A DNA stretch of 41,157 bases from a virus (IMGVR_UViG_2648501336_000006:1-41157); one strand, 5' to 3'; counted from the stretch's first letter, positions 1-8,950 are shown. Program-made: numbers and translations. The notes: generated by a model not told the origin, from the sequence alone.

Positions 1-1284
1 CTACTTCTTCGCCTCTGCAACCACTTTGCTACCCACGCCGCGGTTATTGTATTCCCACATGCGGTTGTAGTTAGTGTCATTCAGATTGCGCTGTACTTCG
101 TCGTTATCATCAACGCTGCCGGTGTTACCCGCAAATGGACGATTAGAGATCACCGCATCAGCCCACGGTTTGGCTGTGTTAAAACCTTCGTTGATGGCGC
201 TATCACGGATCACTACCTGACCGTTGGTATTGGCATCAACATCCAGCGAGCGGCCCAGTTGCGCCACGCCATCACCGGAAGCATTGAAACGGCTGTTTAC
301 GGCGAGGAAACCGTAGTAAATGTTGGACAGCGTAGCCGGTGCAAACACATACGCTTCTTGCTGGGTACGGGAGTTCACCACGCGGAATTCGGTGTTATCG
401 AACACCACTGCGCCGCGACCAGAAACGATATCCACATCCCCTTCAATATAGCTGTTGGTCACCAGCGTACGCGGCTGACGATTCGTTTCCAGACGGTTCT
501 GCACACCGCTGTTGGTGACAAAGAAGGTGTTCTGACGACCGAGAATGTTGACGTTATTGATCTGCACTTTGTCGCCATCAGTACGCAGTGCCACCGCCGG
601 ATGGTTACCCGCATCTACGCTATCGCCCAGCGTGTTTTCGATGGTCAGGTTTTGCAGTTGCAGGCCATTGTTTTGTGACCAGAAGACCGCAGAGCAGAGA
701 ACACCGATACTGTCGCTGCGTTTACTCTGGCAGCTATCGTACATATACCACGCCGGTTTACCTGGCATATATTTGCCGCGCGGGTTGACGTCGTGACGCC
801 AGTCGGCAGGGCTCATGCCACCATCAAGGGAAAGCCCAATCTTCACATCAATCGGTTTTTCACCCGTACCGTACAGAGTAATTCCACCCGGAGCGGCAGG
901 GACATACACCGTTCCCTGATACTCACCAGGCATCACGGCAATATACTGGCGCTTGTTGGTACGCTTGATAATTGCCGCATCTACCGCCGCCTGAATCGTG
1001 GTATGCGTTACACCTTGAGTACCCGCCGGGCCGACAACAAAGTCAGGTTGCGCAGGCAGGGTAATCGGGGAAGGATTCCACGCTGCCGCACCTGGTGTCA
1101 GGGATGCAAAATAGTGTTGAGCATCGAAATTCTGCGCTTCTTTTGCCGACAGAATCGGGCGCGAAGAGGTACCAGGCGCGGTTTGATCAGAAGGACGTTG
1201 ATCGGGCGGTGTTGAGCTACAGGCGGTCAGCGTCACGCCAAAAGCCAATGCCAGCGCCAGACGGGAAACTGAAAATGTGTTCAC
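1..1284 (-). CDS. ybhC: Host lipoprotein YbhC (putative pectinesterase / acyl-CoA thioesterase family), complete 427 aa
   Basis: Full-length ORF with lipoprotein signal peptide and lipobox (LTAC) at the N-terminus; recognised as E. coli YbhC, the gene flanking attB-lambda; stop codon at bases 1-3. Confidence 0.85.
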   Translation of the reverse strand: MNTFSVSRLALALAFGVTLTACSSTPPDQRPSDQTAPGTSSRPILSAKEAQNFDAQHYFASLTPGAAAWNPSPITLPAQPDFVVGPAGTQGVTHTTIQAAVDAAIIKRTNKRQYIAVMPGEYQGTVYVPAAPGGITLYGTGEKPIDVKIGLSLDGGMSPADWRHDVNPRGKYMPGKPAWYMYDSCQSKRSDSIGVLCSAVFWSQNNGLQLQNLTIENTLGDSVDAGNHPAVALRTDGDKVQINNVNILGRQNTFFVTNSGVQNRLETNRQPRTLVTNSYIEGDVDIVSGRGAVVFDNTEFRVVNSRTQQEAYVFAPATLSNIYYGFLAVNSRFNASGDGVAQLGRSLDVDANTNGQVVIRDSAINEGFNTAKPWADAVISNRPFAGNTGSVDDNDEVQRNLNDTNYNRMWEYNNRGVGSKVVAEAKK

Positions 1285-1330
1285 AGGTTGCTCCGGGCTA
1301 TGAAATAGAAAAATGAATCCGTTGAAGCCT

Positions 1331-1345
1331 GCTTTTTTATACTAA
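1331..1345. other. attL: attL core (lambda-type 15-bp core GCTTTTTTATACTAA) at the host-prophage junction
   Basis: Exact lambda core sequence; left flank (GTTGAAGCCT) matches the bacterial B arm, right flank (GTTGGCATTATAAAAAAGCATTGCTTATCAATTTGTTGCAACGAACAGGTCACTATCAGTCAAAATAA) matches the lambda P' arm as recalled from memory. Confidence 0.9.
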
Positions 1346-1418
1346 GTTGGCATTATAAAAAAGCATTGCTTATCAATTTGTTGCAACGAACAGGTCACTA
1401 TCAGTCAAAATAAAATCA

Positions 1419-2489
1419 TTATTTGATTTCAATTTTGTCCCACTCCCTGCCTCTGTCATCACGATATTGTGATGCCATGGTGTCCGACTTATGCCCGAGA
1501 AGATGTTGAGCAAACTTATCGCTTATCTGCTTCTCATAGAGTCTTGCAGACAAACTGCGCAACTCGTGAAAGGTAGGCGGATCCCCTTCGAAGGAAAGAC
1601 CTGATGCTTTTCGTGCGCGCATAAAATACCTTGATACTGTGCCGGATGAAAGCGGTTCACGACGAGTAGATGCAATTATGGTTTCTCCACCAAGAATCTC
1701 TTTGCATTTATCAAGTGTTTCCTTCATTGATATCCCGAGAGTATCAACATGCAATGTTGTAGGGATGGCAATTTTTACACCTGTTTTGCTTTGCTCGACA
1801 TAAAGATATCCATCTACGATATCAGACCACTTCATTTCGCATAAATCACCAACTCGCTGCCCGGTAACAACAGCCAGTTCCATTGCAAGTCTGAGCCAAC
1901 ATGGTGATGATTCTGCTGCTTGATAAATTTTCAGGTATTCGTCAGCCGTAAGTCTTGATCTCCTTACCTCTGATTTTGCTGCGCGAGTGGCAGCGACCGG
2001 GTTTGTTGTTATATGGCCTTCAGCTATTGCCTCTCGGAATGCATCACTCAGTGTTGATCTGATTAACTTGGCTGACGCCGCCTTGCCCTCGTCTATGTAT
2101 CCATTGAGCATTGCCGCAATTTCTTTTGTGGTGATGTCTTCAAGTGGAGCATCAGGCAGACCCCTCCTTATTGCTTTAATTTTGCTCATGTAATTTATGA
2201 GAGTCTTCTGCTTGATTCCTCTGCTGGCGAGGATTTTTTCGTAGCGATCAAGCCATGAATGTAACGTAACAGAATTATCACTGTTGATTCTCGCTGTCAG
2301 AGGCTTGTGTTTGTGTCCTGAAAATAACTCAATGTTGGCCTGTATTGCTTCAGTGATTGCTATCCTCCTGTCTCGGCCTAATCCAAACTCTTTACCCGTC
2401 CTTGGGTCCCTGTAGCAGTAATATCCATTGTTTCTTATATAAAGGTTAGGGGGTAAATCCCGGCGCTCATGACTTCGCCTTCTTCCCAT
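1419..2489 (-). CDS. int: Lambda-type integrase (tyrosine site-specific recombinase), 356 aa
   Basis: ATG start confirmed; N-terminus MGRRRSHERRDLPPNLYIRNNGYYCYRDPRTGKEFGLG recognised as lambda Int; length identical to lambda Int; adjacent to attL P' arm. Confidence 0.97.
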   Translation of the reverse strand: MGRRRSHERRDLPPNLYIRNNGYYCYRDPRTGKEFGLGRDRRIAITEAIQANIELFSGHKHKPLTARINSDNSVTLHSWLDRYEKILASRGIKQKTLINYMSKIKAIRRGLPDAPLEDITTKEIAAMLNGYIDEGKAASAKLIRSTLSDAFREAIAEGHITTNPVAATRAAKSEVRRSRLTADEYLKIYQAAESSPCWLRLAMELAVVTGQRVGDLCEMKWSDIVDGYLYVEQSKTGVKIAIPTTLHVDTLGISMKETLDKCKEILGGETIIASTRREPLSSGTVSRYFMRARKASGLSFEGDPPTFHELRSLSARLYEKQISDKFAQHLLGHKSDTMASQYRDDRGREWDKIEIK

Positions 2490-2685
2490 TTCTGATCCTC
2501 TTCAAAAGGCTACCTGTTACTGGTCGATTTAAGTCAACCTTTACCGCTGATTCGTGGAACAGATACTCTCTTCCATCCTTAACCGGAGGAGGGAATATCC
2601 TGCACTCGCGTACCCATCGACGAACTGTTTCAAGGCTTCTTGGGCGTCGCTGGCGTGCGTTCCACTCCTGAAGTGTCAAGTACAT
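2467..2685 (-). CDS. xis: Excisionase Xis, 72 aa
   Basis: Sequence MYLTLQEWNARQRRPRSLETVRRWVRECRIFPPP recognised as lambda Xis; 3' end overlaps int start as in lambda. Confidence 0.95.
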   Translation of the reverse strand: MYLTLQEWNARQRRPRSLETVRRWVRECRIFPPPVKDGREYLFHESAVKVDLNRPVTGSLLKRIRNGKKAKS

Positions 2686-2712
2686 CGCAAAGTCTCCGCA
2701 ATTACACGCAAT

Positions 2713-2736
2713 AAAAAACCGCCATCAGGCGGCTTG
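2713..2736 (-). terminator. Intrinsic terminator-like hairpin (GCCGCC-TGAT-GGCGG then T-run on minus strand) just upstream of xis
   Basis: Minus-strand sequence AAGCCGCCTGATGGCGGTTTTTTATT; GC stem followed by a run of 6 T. Confidence 0.55.
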
Positions 2737-2892
2737 GTGTTCTTTCAGTTCTTCAATTCGAATATTGGTTACGTCTGCATGTGCTATCTGCGCCCATATC
2801 ATCCAGTGGTCATAGCAGTCGTTGATGTTCTCTGCTTCGATAACTCTGTTGAATGGCTCTCCATTCCATTCACCTGTCACCCGGAAGTGCAT
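2725..2892 (-). CDS. Small hypothetical protein (55 aa, MHFRVTGEWNGEPFNRVIEAENINDCYDHW...)
   Basis: ATG start preceded by GGAG Shine-Dalgarno about 7 nt upstream; not in the ORF track (below 60 aa); translated by hand. Confidence 0.4.
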   Translation of the reverse strand: MHFRVTGEWNGEPFNRVIEAENINDCYDHWMIWAQIAHADVTNIRIEELKEHQAA

Positions 2893-2964
2893 TTATCATC
2901 TCCATAAAACAAAACCCGCCGTAGCGAGTTCAGATAAAAGAAATCCCCGCGAGTGCGAGGATTG

Positions 2965-3249
2965 TTATTCATTGCCGATATTCACCTTTATCGCGAACAC
3001 CTTTACCGGTTTATCACCGAAGTGTGGATGTGTGATTGTTTTTATTTCATATCCGTTATACGGGACGTCAATTCTGCGACTGAAGTCTTCGCGCTTCGGA
3101 TATCCCTTTGTGATAATCAGGCGGTCATACTTACGGTTAACGAGGCGCTTATTCCAGTAGTCATTACACAGGCGATACTCTTCCGTTTTATCTCCGCGAA
3201 TCATGGCATCGAAGTATTCACCTTTGACGGCAAGTTGCAGGTTAGCCAC
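2965..3249 (-). CDS. Hypothetical early protein (94 aa), GTG start
   Basis: GTG start with AGGAGG 6 nt upstream; overlaps the stop of the upstream gene (translational coupling). Confidence 0.6.
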   Translation of the reverse strand: MANLQLAVKGEYFDAMIRGDKTEEYRLCNDYWNKRLVNRKYDRLIITKGYPKREDFSRRIDVPYNGYEIKTITHPHFGDKPVKVFAIKVNIGNE

Positions 3250-4114
3250 GGTTAACCTCCTGCGGCGGCTCCGGTAGCGGCATCCAGTGGGTTACTTTCG
3301 ATGCCGGTTCTTCCCCATCGTCAGTAACTGCCCACCATTTGTTTCTCGACCAATCGTAATACCCTTCGAAGGTATCGCACTCAGTCCAGCCGTAAGACTT
3401 CCCCCAACACCAAACATACTGTTTATCGTTCGGCATTCGCTCACTACAGCTTATCCAACCATCCGGAGTTACCGGAGAGTTGCCTGCCAGTCTACGCAAA
3501 ACAGCCTTAACAGCCTCAATACGGTCATCATCGTAACTTTCCGCCGTATCTATGCGGTCGAGCATGATGATTGCGTTATCAATATCAGGATTGCCGGTCC
3601 ACTCATTACCGCGATTGGATTCGGCAGCCTGGTTGCCGCGTACTGGTTGATTGTCGGCTTTACCCAGTCTGTCGTCGCTGCATGAATGCCCTTCCAGCCA
3701 GGCCAATGCTTGTCGCATGAAATACGCAATATGTTTGCCGTGGTAATCGTCTTCATCGATGTGAAAAGCGATACTACGAATGTATTCAATTGCGTTTTCA
3801 ATGGCCTCTAACGCTATCGGCGCTGGCGGAGTGGTGTATAGTTTTCGACATTTGTATATCCAACCGGCATGGTCAGGCGTGTCTGTAAAACGCAAATCGT
3901 CTTCGTAGCACTCACGACTACGTTCTTTCCATTCCGTCCACGGAACACCGCTATTCCAGGTGGGGCGAGTGCAGGACTGATACAGAACAGGCTCTGCTTC
4001 CAGCGATGCCAGTGCGATTTCATAAGCACGGCGCTCAATATCGTCTCGCACGTCCAGGCTGCCGATTCGCTCTTTGATTTCTTTAATCAGTTCTTTGTCG
4101 GTAAAAGTGCTCAT
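3242..4114 (-). CDS. Phage protein with C-terminal DUF551-like domain (290 aa from internal ATG)
   Basis: ORF track entry starts at TTG; internal ATG at 4114 has AAGGAGA SD; C-terminal W/Y-rich segment ending HWMPLPEPP resembles DUF551. Confidence 0.65.
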   Translation of the reverse strand: MSTFTDKELIKEIKERIGSLDVRDDIERRAYEIALASLEAEPVLYQSCTRPTWNSGVPWTEWKERSRECYEDDLRFTDTPDHAGWIYKCRKLYTTPPAPIALEAIENAIEYIRSIAFHIDEDDYHGKHIAYFMRQALAWLEGHSCSDDRLGKADNQPVRGNQAAESNRGNEWTGNPDIDNAIIMLDRIDTAESYDDDRIEAVKAVLRRLAGNSPVTPDGWISCSERMPNDKQYVWCWGKSYGWTECDTFEGYYDWSRNKWWAVTDDGEEPASKVTHWMPLPEPPQEVNRG

Positions 4115-4115
4115 C

Positions 4116-4553
4116 TCACTCTCCTTTGATGCGAATGCCTGTTGCAATGCTGTTTATGATGCTGTCAGTGCATGGGGTAGAAAGCTGGGCATCTCCAGCA
4201 ATTTTCATGACCTCAACATCTGCATATCGAATACCGAGGTGTATCAGACCGGCTATGCCTGACTTAAGCCGAGCATTTTCCATAAATAGAACCTTTGCCC
4301 GCTGTTTTTCTGCTTCAAGCTCAACGCGCAGCTTCCCTACCGTTAGCGCAATATCCTCGTTCTCCTGGTCACGGCGTTTGATGTATTGCTGGTTTCTTTC
4401 CCGTTCATCCAGAAGCGCCAGCACAATGTGTGGCGTTATCAAGGACTCAAATTCGGCAACAGCTTGCTCGCCTCGCTTGTAATTCTTAATCCCACCTAAA
4501 TCTTTCGCGTTCTGTGCCGCCTCACGCAGTGCCTGATAGTCAATCTTGATCAC
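4116..4553 (-). CDS. Hypothetical early protein (145 aa), coiled-coil rich, GTG start
   Basis: GTG start with AAGGAGG SD 7 nt upstream; GTGA overlap with upstream stop. Confidence 0.6.
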   Translation of the reverse strand: MIKIDYQALREAAQNAKDLGGIKNYKRGEQAVAEFESLITPHIVLALLDERERNQQYIKRRDQENEDIALTVGKLRVELEAEKQRAKVLFMENARLKSGIAGLIHLGIRYADVEVMKIAGDAQLSTPCTDSIINSIATGIRIKGE

Positions 4554-5023
4554 TGGTTGCCTCCTTTGCGAAGCTGGGCGGCGAACTCGTTAAGTGATAT
4601 GTAGCAATCTCCAAATGTTAACGAACCGCTCGACTGCATATGCTCCATAGCCATCTCCACGCCCTGCGCACGTACTTCAGCCAGGAAAGCATCGGTGGCT
4701 GGGGTTTTGATTTCGTTAAGCGCATCACTGAATCCACCACGCTCCATACCTAGCTCTGCTTCGTAATCGGCATCGAATGCAGCGTCTTTGCAGAACTTCT
4801 TCATCCCCGAACTCTCCGCTGCCAGCGCCGCGCACTTGGCCTCAAGGTTATCAATCGTGATTCCAGCAGAACGACACTCCCGCAACGCAGCTTCTAGTTT
4901 TGATTCAAGTTCACCGAACTTACGGACAAGATATTCAGCGTTTGTTTCGTTAACCTTTAAATCTCGTGGGATGCATTTACCTTTCAGAAATCCATCCATC
5001 TCAATTAGTGTCATTTGTTTCAT
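4550..5023 (-). CDS. Hypothetical early protein (157 aa)
   Basis: ATG start; part of a tightly coupled leftward operon; no recognisable domain. Confidence 0.6.
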   Translation of the reverse strand: MKQMTLIEMDGFLKGKCIPRDLKVNETNAEYLVRKFGELESKLEAALRECRSAGITIDNLEAKCAALAAESSGMKKFCKDAAFDADYEAELGMERGGFSDALNEIKTPATDAFLAEVRAQGVEMAMEHMQSSGSLTFGDCYISLNEFAAQLRKGGNQ

Positions 5024-5184
5024 TTTTTCCCACTCTGCAACATCGCATTCAGATATTTGTTTTGATTTACTGACGGAAAAGAATTTCTCTTAAGCAATTC
5101 CTCTCTCGATGGCATTGGCTTTACGCGTTGGCGAATAATCATTTCTGCCGGAAGAATGCCGGGATTGTATGCAAGTCCTCTCAT
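5020..5184 (-). CDS. Small hypothetical protein (54 aa, [34 protein letters not shown]...)
   Basis: Hand-translated; ATGA start/stop overlaps with both neighbouring genes; below ORF-track length cutoff. Confidence 0.35.
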   Translation of the reverse strand: MRGLAYNPGILPAEMIIRQRVKPMPSREELLKRNSFPSVNQNKYLNAMLQSGKK

Positions 5185-5471
5185 GATTTACTCTCAACGA
5201 ACTGGTCAATAGCCATGCTAAGTGACATACCTAAAGTTTCGATATGCTGCTGAATATCCTGTAGCGTCTGCGCCTGAGATAACAGGATTTCACGGTTGCA
5301 TAACTCTTTGACCAGATGCTCAAACTTGCTGTAATAACCGATACGACTGAGCGTTTCTTTCCCTGCATTCTCACCTTCTTTGATAATTCCTCTTTCATTA
5401 AGAATCAGGTCGTGTTTGGTTCCGGTAATAACGTATTTGCCGAGGTCGATGTTTAGCTTCATTGTTTTCAT
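5181..5471 (-). CDS. Hypothetical early protein (96 aa from [13 protein letters not shown]...)
   Basis: ORF track start trimmed to the ATG at 5471, which has GAGGAA SD 6 nt upstream. Confidence 0.55.
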   Translation of the reverse strand: MKTMKLNIDLGKYVITGTKHDLILNERGIIKEGENAGKETLSRIGYYSKFEHLVKELCNREILLSQAQTLQDIQQHIETLGMSLSMAIDQFVESKS

Positions 5472-5481
5472 TGTTAATTCC

Positions 5482-5775
5482 TCAGTCATTACTGATAGCG
5501 CCATAGCGTGAGCGGTAATTACGCAGGCGCGGGTCAATTTCAGGGAAGTGGGTATATGTGGCTTTGCGGAATGGTCGGATTGATGTCTGGTAAATTCGCT
5601 CGCGTTCTTCTTTCTCTGCAAGCCATATACAGTGGCGAAATTCCTTTTCCTCTTTCGTTTCCTGTGGTAGCGACATTATCCGATCGTAGTTTCTTCTGAA
5701 TTTATCCAGCACCTCCGATACGGAATTGCCGGAACAGCGGCGCGCGTCATCCGCACCATACAGAGGCGCTGGCAT
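5482..5775 (-). CDS. Hypothetical early protein (97 aa)
   Basis: ATG start with AGGAGA SD 6 nt upstream. Confidence 0.6.
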   Translation of the reverse strand: MPAPLYGADDARRCSGNSVSEVLDKFRRNYDRIMSLPQETKEEKEFRHCIWLAEKEERERIYQTSIRPFRKATYTHFPEIDPRLRNYRSRYGAISND

Positions 5776-5791
5776 GGTTTTCTCCTGTTGA

Positions 5792-6340
5792 TTATTTAGC
5801 TAACTTTTTCCAGATCGCTGAAACGTATTTGGCTTGGTGAATGGCATCATCAAGCGCGTTGTGGCGAGTTCCTTTGAATGGCATATCTCGCTTAGGGTCG
5901 AATCCTATTACCTTCCCAAGTTCGACGATTGTTCTTACGTCGCGGTCATTCCACCACTGCCACGGAACTGGCTGCCCTGTCAGCGAATAACTGTTGCGGA
6001 GAATAACGCAGTCAAATGATGCTCCATTCCCCCAAACCTGAACGAATTTGTGGTTAGCGTTCTTTATGATGAATTCAGATAACCATGAAAGAGCCGTTGA
6101 AAGCTCCTGAGTGTTGCTGGTTAGCGATTTTCTGGCTTCTTCACTCTGTTCCAGCCACCATAAAATCGTTGAAGCGTCAGGACGCGCCCGATATCGCATT
6201 GATGACTCAAGCGAGATATTTACCGAGAACTCTTCTCCTGTTTCTCCGGTATTCGGGTCAAAGAATACTGCCCCAATAGAAATAACTGGCGCGTATGGCC
6301 CGTTGCCCATTGTTTCAAGGTCAACCATCAAGTGATTCAT
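5792..6340 (-). CDS. DnaQ-like (DEDDh) 3'-5' exonuclease, 182 aa
   Basis: Exo motifs visible: DLET (Exo I), GASFD (Exo II), HNALDDA (Exo III); ATG start with AAGGA SD. Confidence 0.75.
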   Translation of the reverse strand: MNHLMVDLETMGNGPYAPVISIGAVFFDPNTGETGEEFSVNISLESSMRYRARPDASTILWWLEQSEEARKSLTSNTQELSTALSWLSEFIIKNANHKFVQVWGNGASFDCVILRNSYSLTGQPVPWQWWNDRDVRTIVELGKVIGFDPKRDMPFKGTRHNALDDAIHQAKYVSAIWKKLAK

Positions 6341-6348
6341 GTAAGTCC

Positions 6349-6855
6349 TTAAATTGCGTGAATAGCGTGACGAGGGAAGGGGAGAGTTACTGGTGCAAAG
6401 GGTATATCGTCGTCAAAATCCATCGGAGGTTCGTTGTGTTGTGCTGGTGATGATTGCTGCTGTGGCTTCTGTGATTGCCTGCTGGCTGCTTGTTGTTTGC
6501 TGTCGCCAATGCCGCCAAGCATTTGCATCACGCCATTAATTCCGACATGAACCTCGGTTGTGTAACGGTCTTGTCCTGACTGGTCTTTCCACTTTCTGGT
6601 TCTCAGCATTCCCTCGAAATAAATCTGATCACCTTTTTTCACATACTGCCCCACGACCTCAGCCAGTTTCCCGGATACAGCAACACGATGCCATTCAGTC
6701 AATTCCTTTTGCTCGCCAGTATTTTTATCTCGCCATTGTTCTGACGTGGCTATTGTCAGGTTAGCGAACGCTGTTCCTGATGGTGAGTATCGAACTTCCG
6801 GGTCTTGTCCTACCCGACCAAGGATAATCACCTTATTTACGCCTCTGCTTGCCAT
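6349..6855 (-). CDS. ssb: Single-stranded DNA-binding protein SSB with 15-aa extension beyond the DDDIPF tip
   Basis: OB-fold region closely resembles E. coli SSB ([27 protein letters not shown]...); contains [10 protein letters not shown] followed by [15 protein letters not shown] before the stop. Confidence 0.9.
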   Translation of the reverse strand: MASRGVNKVIILGRVGQDPEVRYSPSGTAFANLTIATSEQWRDKNTGEQKELTEWHRVAVSGKLAEVVGQYVKKGDQIYFEGMLRTRKWKDQSGQDRYTTEVHVGINGVMQMLGGIGDSKQQAASRQSQKPQQQSSPAQHNEPPMDFDDDIPFAPVTLPFPRHAIHAI

Positions 6856-7563
6856 TTATGCCGCCTGTTTTAGTTCGTTAACTCTGATGTTCATTACCTG
6901 AACGCATTTAGCCTGCGCATCCTCATTGCCAGCCATTAATTGCCAGTCACGCTGATAACGCTCGATGAGTTTTTTCTTGTCAGTTTCTGTTGATGCATAA
7001 TCGCTGAAGTCTTTCAGGATTTGTTCGCAGTCAACCGATGGAGATTTCTGGTTGGTATTTTCTGGTGATGGTTTGTTATCTGATGCTGGGATTGCCCATA
7101 CCAGCAGCGATGGAGGGAGCCAGTAAAATCCTGTTCCATCCTTCAGTTTTGCCCTGTGCCACCCCTGTTTTTTATCGAGAGATGTTTGTGCGAAACCTTC
7201 CTCAAGGTTATACAGATACCGACCGATTCCCCACTGAACGGCAGCGCGCTTCATTGCACCGGAACGACCACCTTTGACGGCTTCTACCTGCGTGTTTTCA
7301 GCAGCATCCCATTTGGTTACCCATTCGGAATCAATCTTGATTGATATGCCGCATTCAACTCCGCCGTTGTTGGGAATATCGCGGTATTCATTGCGCCATC
7401 CTGCTTTGCCGCAAACATCGTCCAGGCGTTTCATGATTGCCCTGTTCGTGACATAAGCCAGCACCATAGCCCACACCTTGCCATCGCGTGTTTTACCGCT
7501 TTGCTGTATTCGCCATTCGATATCTTCAGGGCTGAATGGCTCATCGAATTTGTTCAAATCCAT
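6856..7563 (-). CDS. Rad52/22-family single-strand annealing protein (recombinase), 235 aa
   Basis: Family assignment from sequence recollection and from position next to ssb in the recombination module; ATG start with GAGGTG SD. Confidence 0.6.
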   Translation of the reverse strand: MDLNKFDEPFSPEDIEWRIQQSGKTRDGKVWAMVLAYVTNRAIMKRLDDVCGKAGWRNEYRDIPNNGGVECGISIKIDSEWVTKWDAAENTQVEAVKGGRSGAMKRAAVQWGIGRYLYNLEEGFAQTSLDKKQGWHRAKLKDGTGFYWLPPSLLVWAIPASDNKPSPENTNQKSPSVDCEQILKDFSDYASTETDKKKLIERYQRDWQLMAGNEDAQAKCVQVMNIRVNELKQAA

Positions 7564-7662
7564 AATTCACCTCAGAATGGACACGGCCCAAGGAAATAAC
7601 GCTGATTTAATACTTCGACTCGGGACAAATTAAGGCATACCCGCATTCCTTCGCGGTCGCCA

Positions 7663-7821
7663 TTATGGCGATACCAGAGAGCTTTCTGCGTGTACATGCG
7701 CCTCTGTAACTTGCTCTCCTTCACTGTGGTTGCAAGTGACATGAATATCTCCTTCGTTGCCGATTAATTCTTTCATCTGACGAATGAATTCTTCGTCTGA
7801 CCAGTTATCTGTAAAACTCAT
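7663..7821 (-). CDS. Small protein in kil position (52 aa from internal ATG)
   Basis: ORF track start is TTG; internal ATG at 7821 overlaps the cIII-like stop (ATGA); call as kil-like is positional only. Confidence 0.4.
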   Translation of the reverse strand: MSFTDNWSDEEFIRQMKELIGNEGDIHVTCNHSEGEQVTEAHVHAESSLVSP

Positions 7822-7988
7822 GGACGGCCTTGTTGTTTCAAAATATCCCAAAGCTTTTCGAGCAAACTTTTCATTCTTGGTTGTTTAAAGTCTGCTCCGG
7901 TTAAAATGTTTTTTCGTGAATGCTGCACCGATAAAATTGGGTTGAAAGGGCGAACCGATGCCGCCCCTGCAATAGCGAACTGTTGCAT
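7818..7988 (-). CDS. cIII: CIII-like protein (FtsH inhibitor family), 56 aa
   Basis: MQQFAIAGAASVRP...LWDILKQQGRP parallels lambda CIII (MQYAIAGWPVAG...LIDILNQPGVP); strong GAAGGAG SD 7 nt upstream of ATG. Confidence 0.7.
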   Translation of the reverse strand: MQQFAIAGAASVRPFNPILSVQHSRKNILTGADFKQPRMKSLLEKLWDILKQQGRP

Positions 7989-8212
7989 AGGATGCTCCTT
8001 CTGTTTGATTGCATAACGAAAATGCCTCAAGTGAAGCGTTATTGGTATGCATATAAAAAGGCCCTCACATCGGAGGGCAAAGAAGATTTCCAATAATCAG
8101 AACAAGTCGGCTCCTGTTTAGTTACGAGCGACATTGCTCCGTGTATTCACTCGTTGGAATGAATACACAGTGCAGTGTTTATTCTGTTGTTTATGCCAAA
8201 AATAAAGGACGA

Positions 8213-8836
8213 TTATGCGACCTCGGAAGGAAGTCCAATCATCTTATTCAAATCTTCTACCCGTAAAGCAGGAAGTGCTGTACTTGCTTTATCTGCTTCT
8301 TTTGGTAGCAACTCTTTGCTTTCAGGCCAAACTTCAATAAGTCGCTTAACTGTTGTGACTGAGTTCAAAGCAGCCCATACATTTGATTCGATATCCTTTT
8401 TCTTGGCTTCAAGTTTTTGTTGCAATGCGCAGATTTCATCAAACCTTTTTGTTATTTCGTGTTCTGCGCTAAACATGCATTTATCTTTGGTCGGAGTAGG
8501 GAGCAATATATCTTCGCCGTTGCCGTCTTTCCCATATGAATACCAGCCAACCCTTCTGCCAGATACAGTCAGATAAATTGAAGTTGAACGGGCATCGCAT
8601 GAGTAAAATGAACATCCCAGCTTTTCAAGTTCTTCGCTTATAGCCATTAACTTGGATGATAACTGATCCACTTCCTCAGTTTTCTTTTTACCGCCAAACA
8701 CAACAACTCTGGCGTCAAGTGCAAGCTGGTTCTTTAACTTTGTTACTTCTTCAAGCTCAGTGAAAACCCCAGATTTAATTAAAGCGTTACGAGCGATTTT
8801 CTCTTTCATACTCGTTGTTAAGCGGATTGATGACAT
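8213..8836 (-). CDS. Hypothetical 207-aa soluble protein in the N-cIII accessory slot
   Basis: ORF track start trimmed to the ATG at 8836 with GAGAGGAA SD; no transmembrane segment; no recognisable domain. Confidence 0.6.
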   Translation of the reverse strand: MSSIRLTTSMKEKIARNALIKSGVFTELEEVTKLKNQLALDARVVVFGGKKKTEEVDQLSSKLMAISEELEKLGCSFYSCDARSTSIYLTVSGRRVGWYSYGKDGNGEDILLPTPTKDKCMFSAEHEITKRFDEICALQQKLEAKKKDIESNVWAALNSVTTVKRLIEVWPESKELLPKEADKASTALPALRVEDLNKMIGLPSEVA

Positions 8837-8950
8837 ATTAATTCCTCTCAAATAAGTGGTTTGCTGCCTAATTTCATTTTCTGGCGACCAACACAAGTCA
8901 CGCCCATTTCACTGCGTGGTTTGCTGTAGTAAATTCGGTTAGTTCAGACA

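Noticed and set aside
259-1215. Plus-strand ORFs (259-678, 545-796, 588-788, 793-1215) inside ybhC
   Set aside because: They lie antisense to a complete, recognisable host gene and lack SDs; treated as chance ORFs.
3242-4147. Long N-terminal extensions in ORF-track entries (3242-4147, 7663-7851, 8213-8896, 13936-14394, 18456-19148, 36015-36983, 37822-38475)
   Set aside because: Their first codons are TTG or GTG without SD, and in some cases they read through terminators or promoters; internal ATGs with good SDs were used instead.
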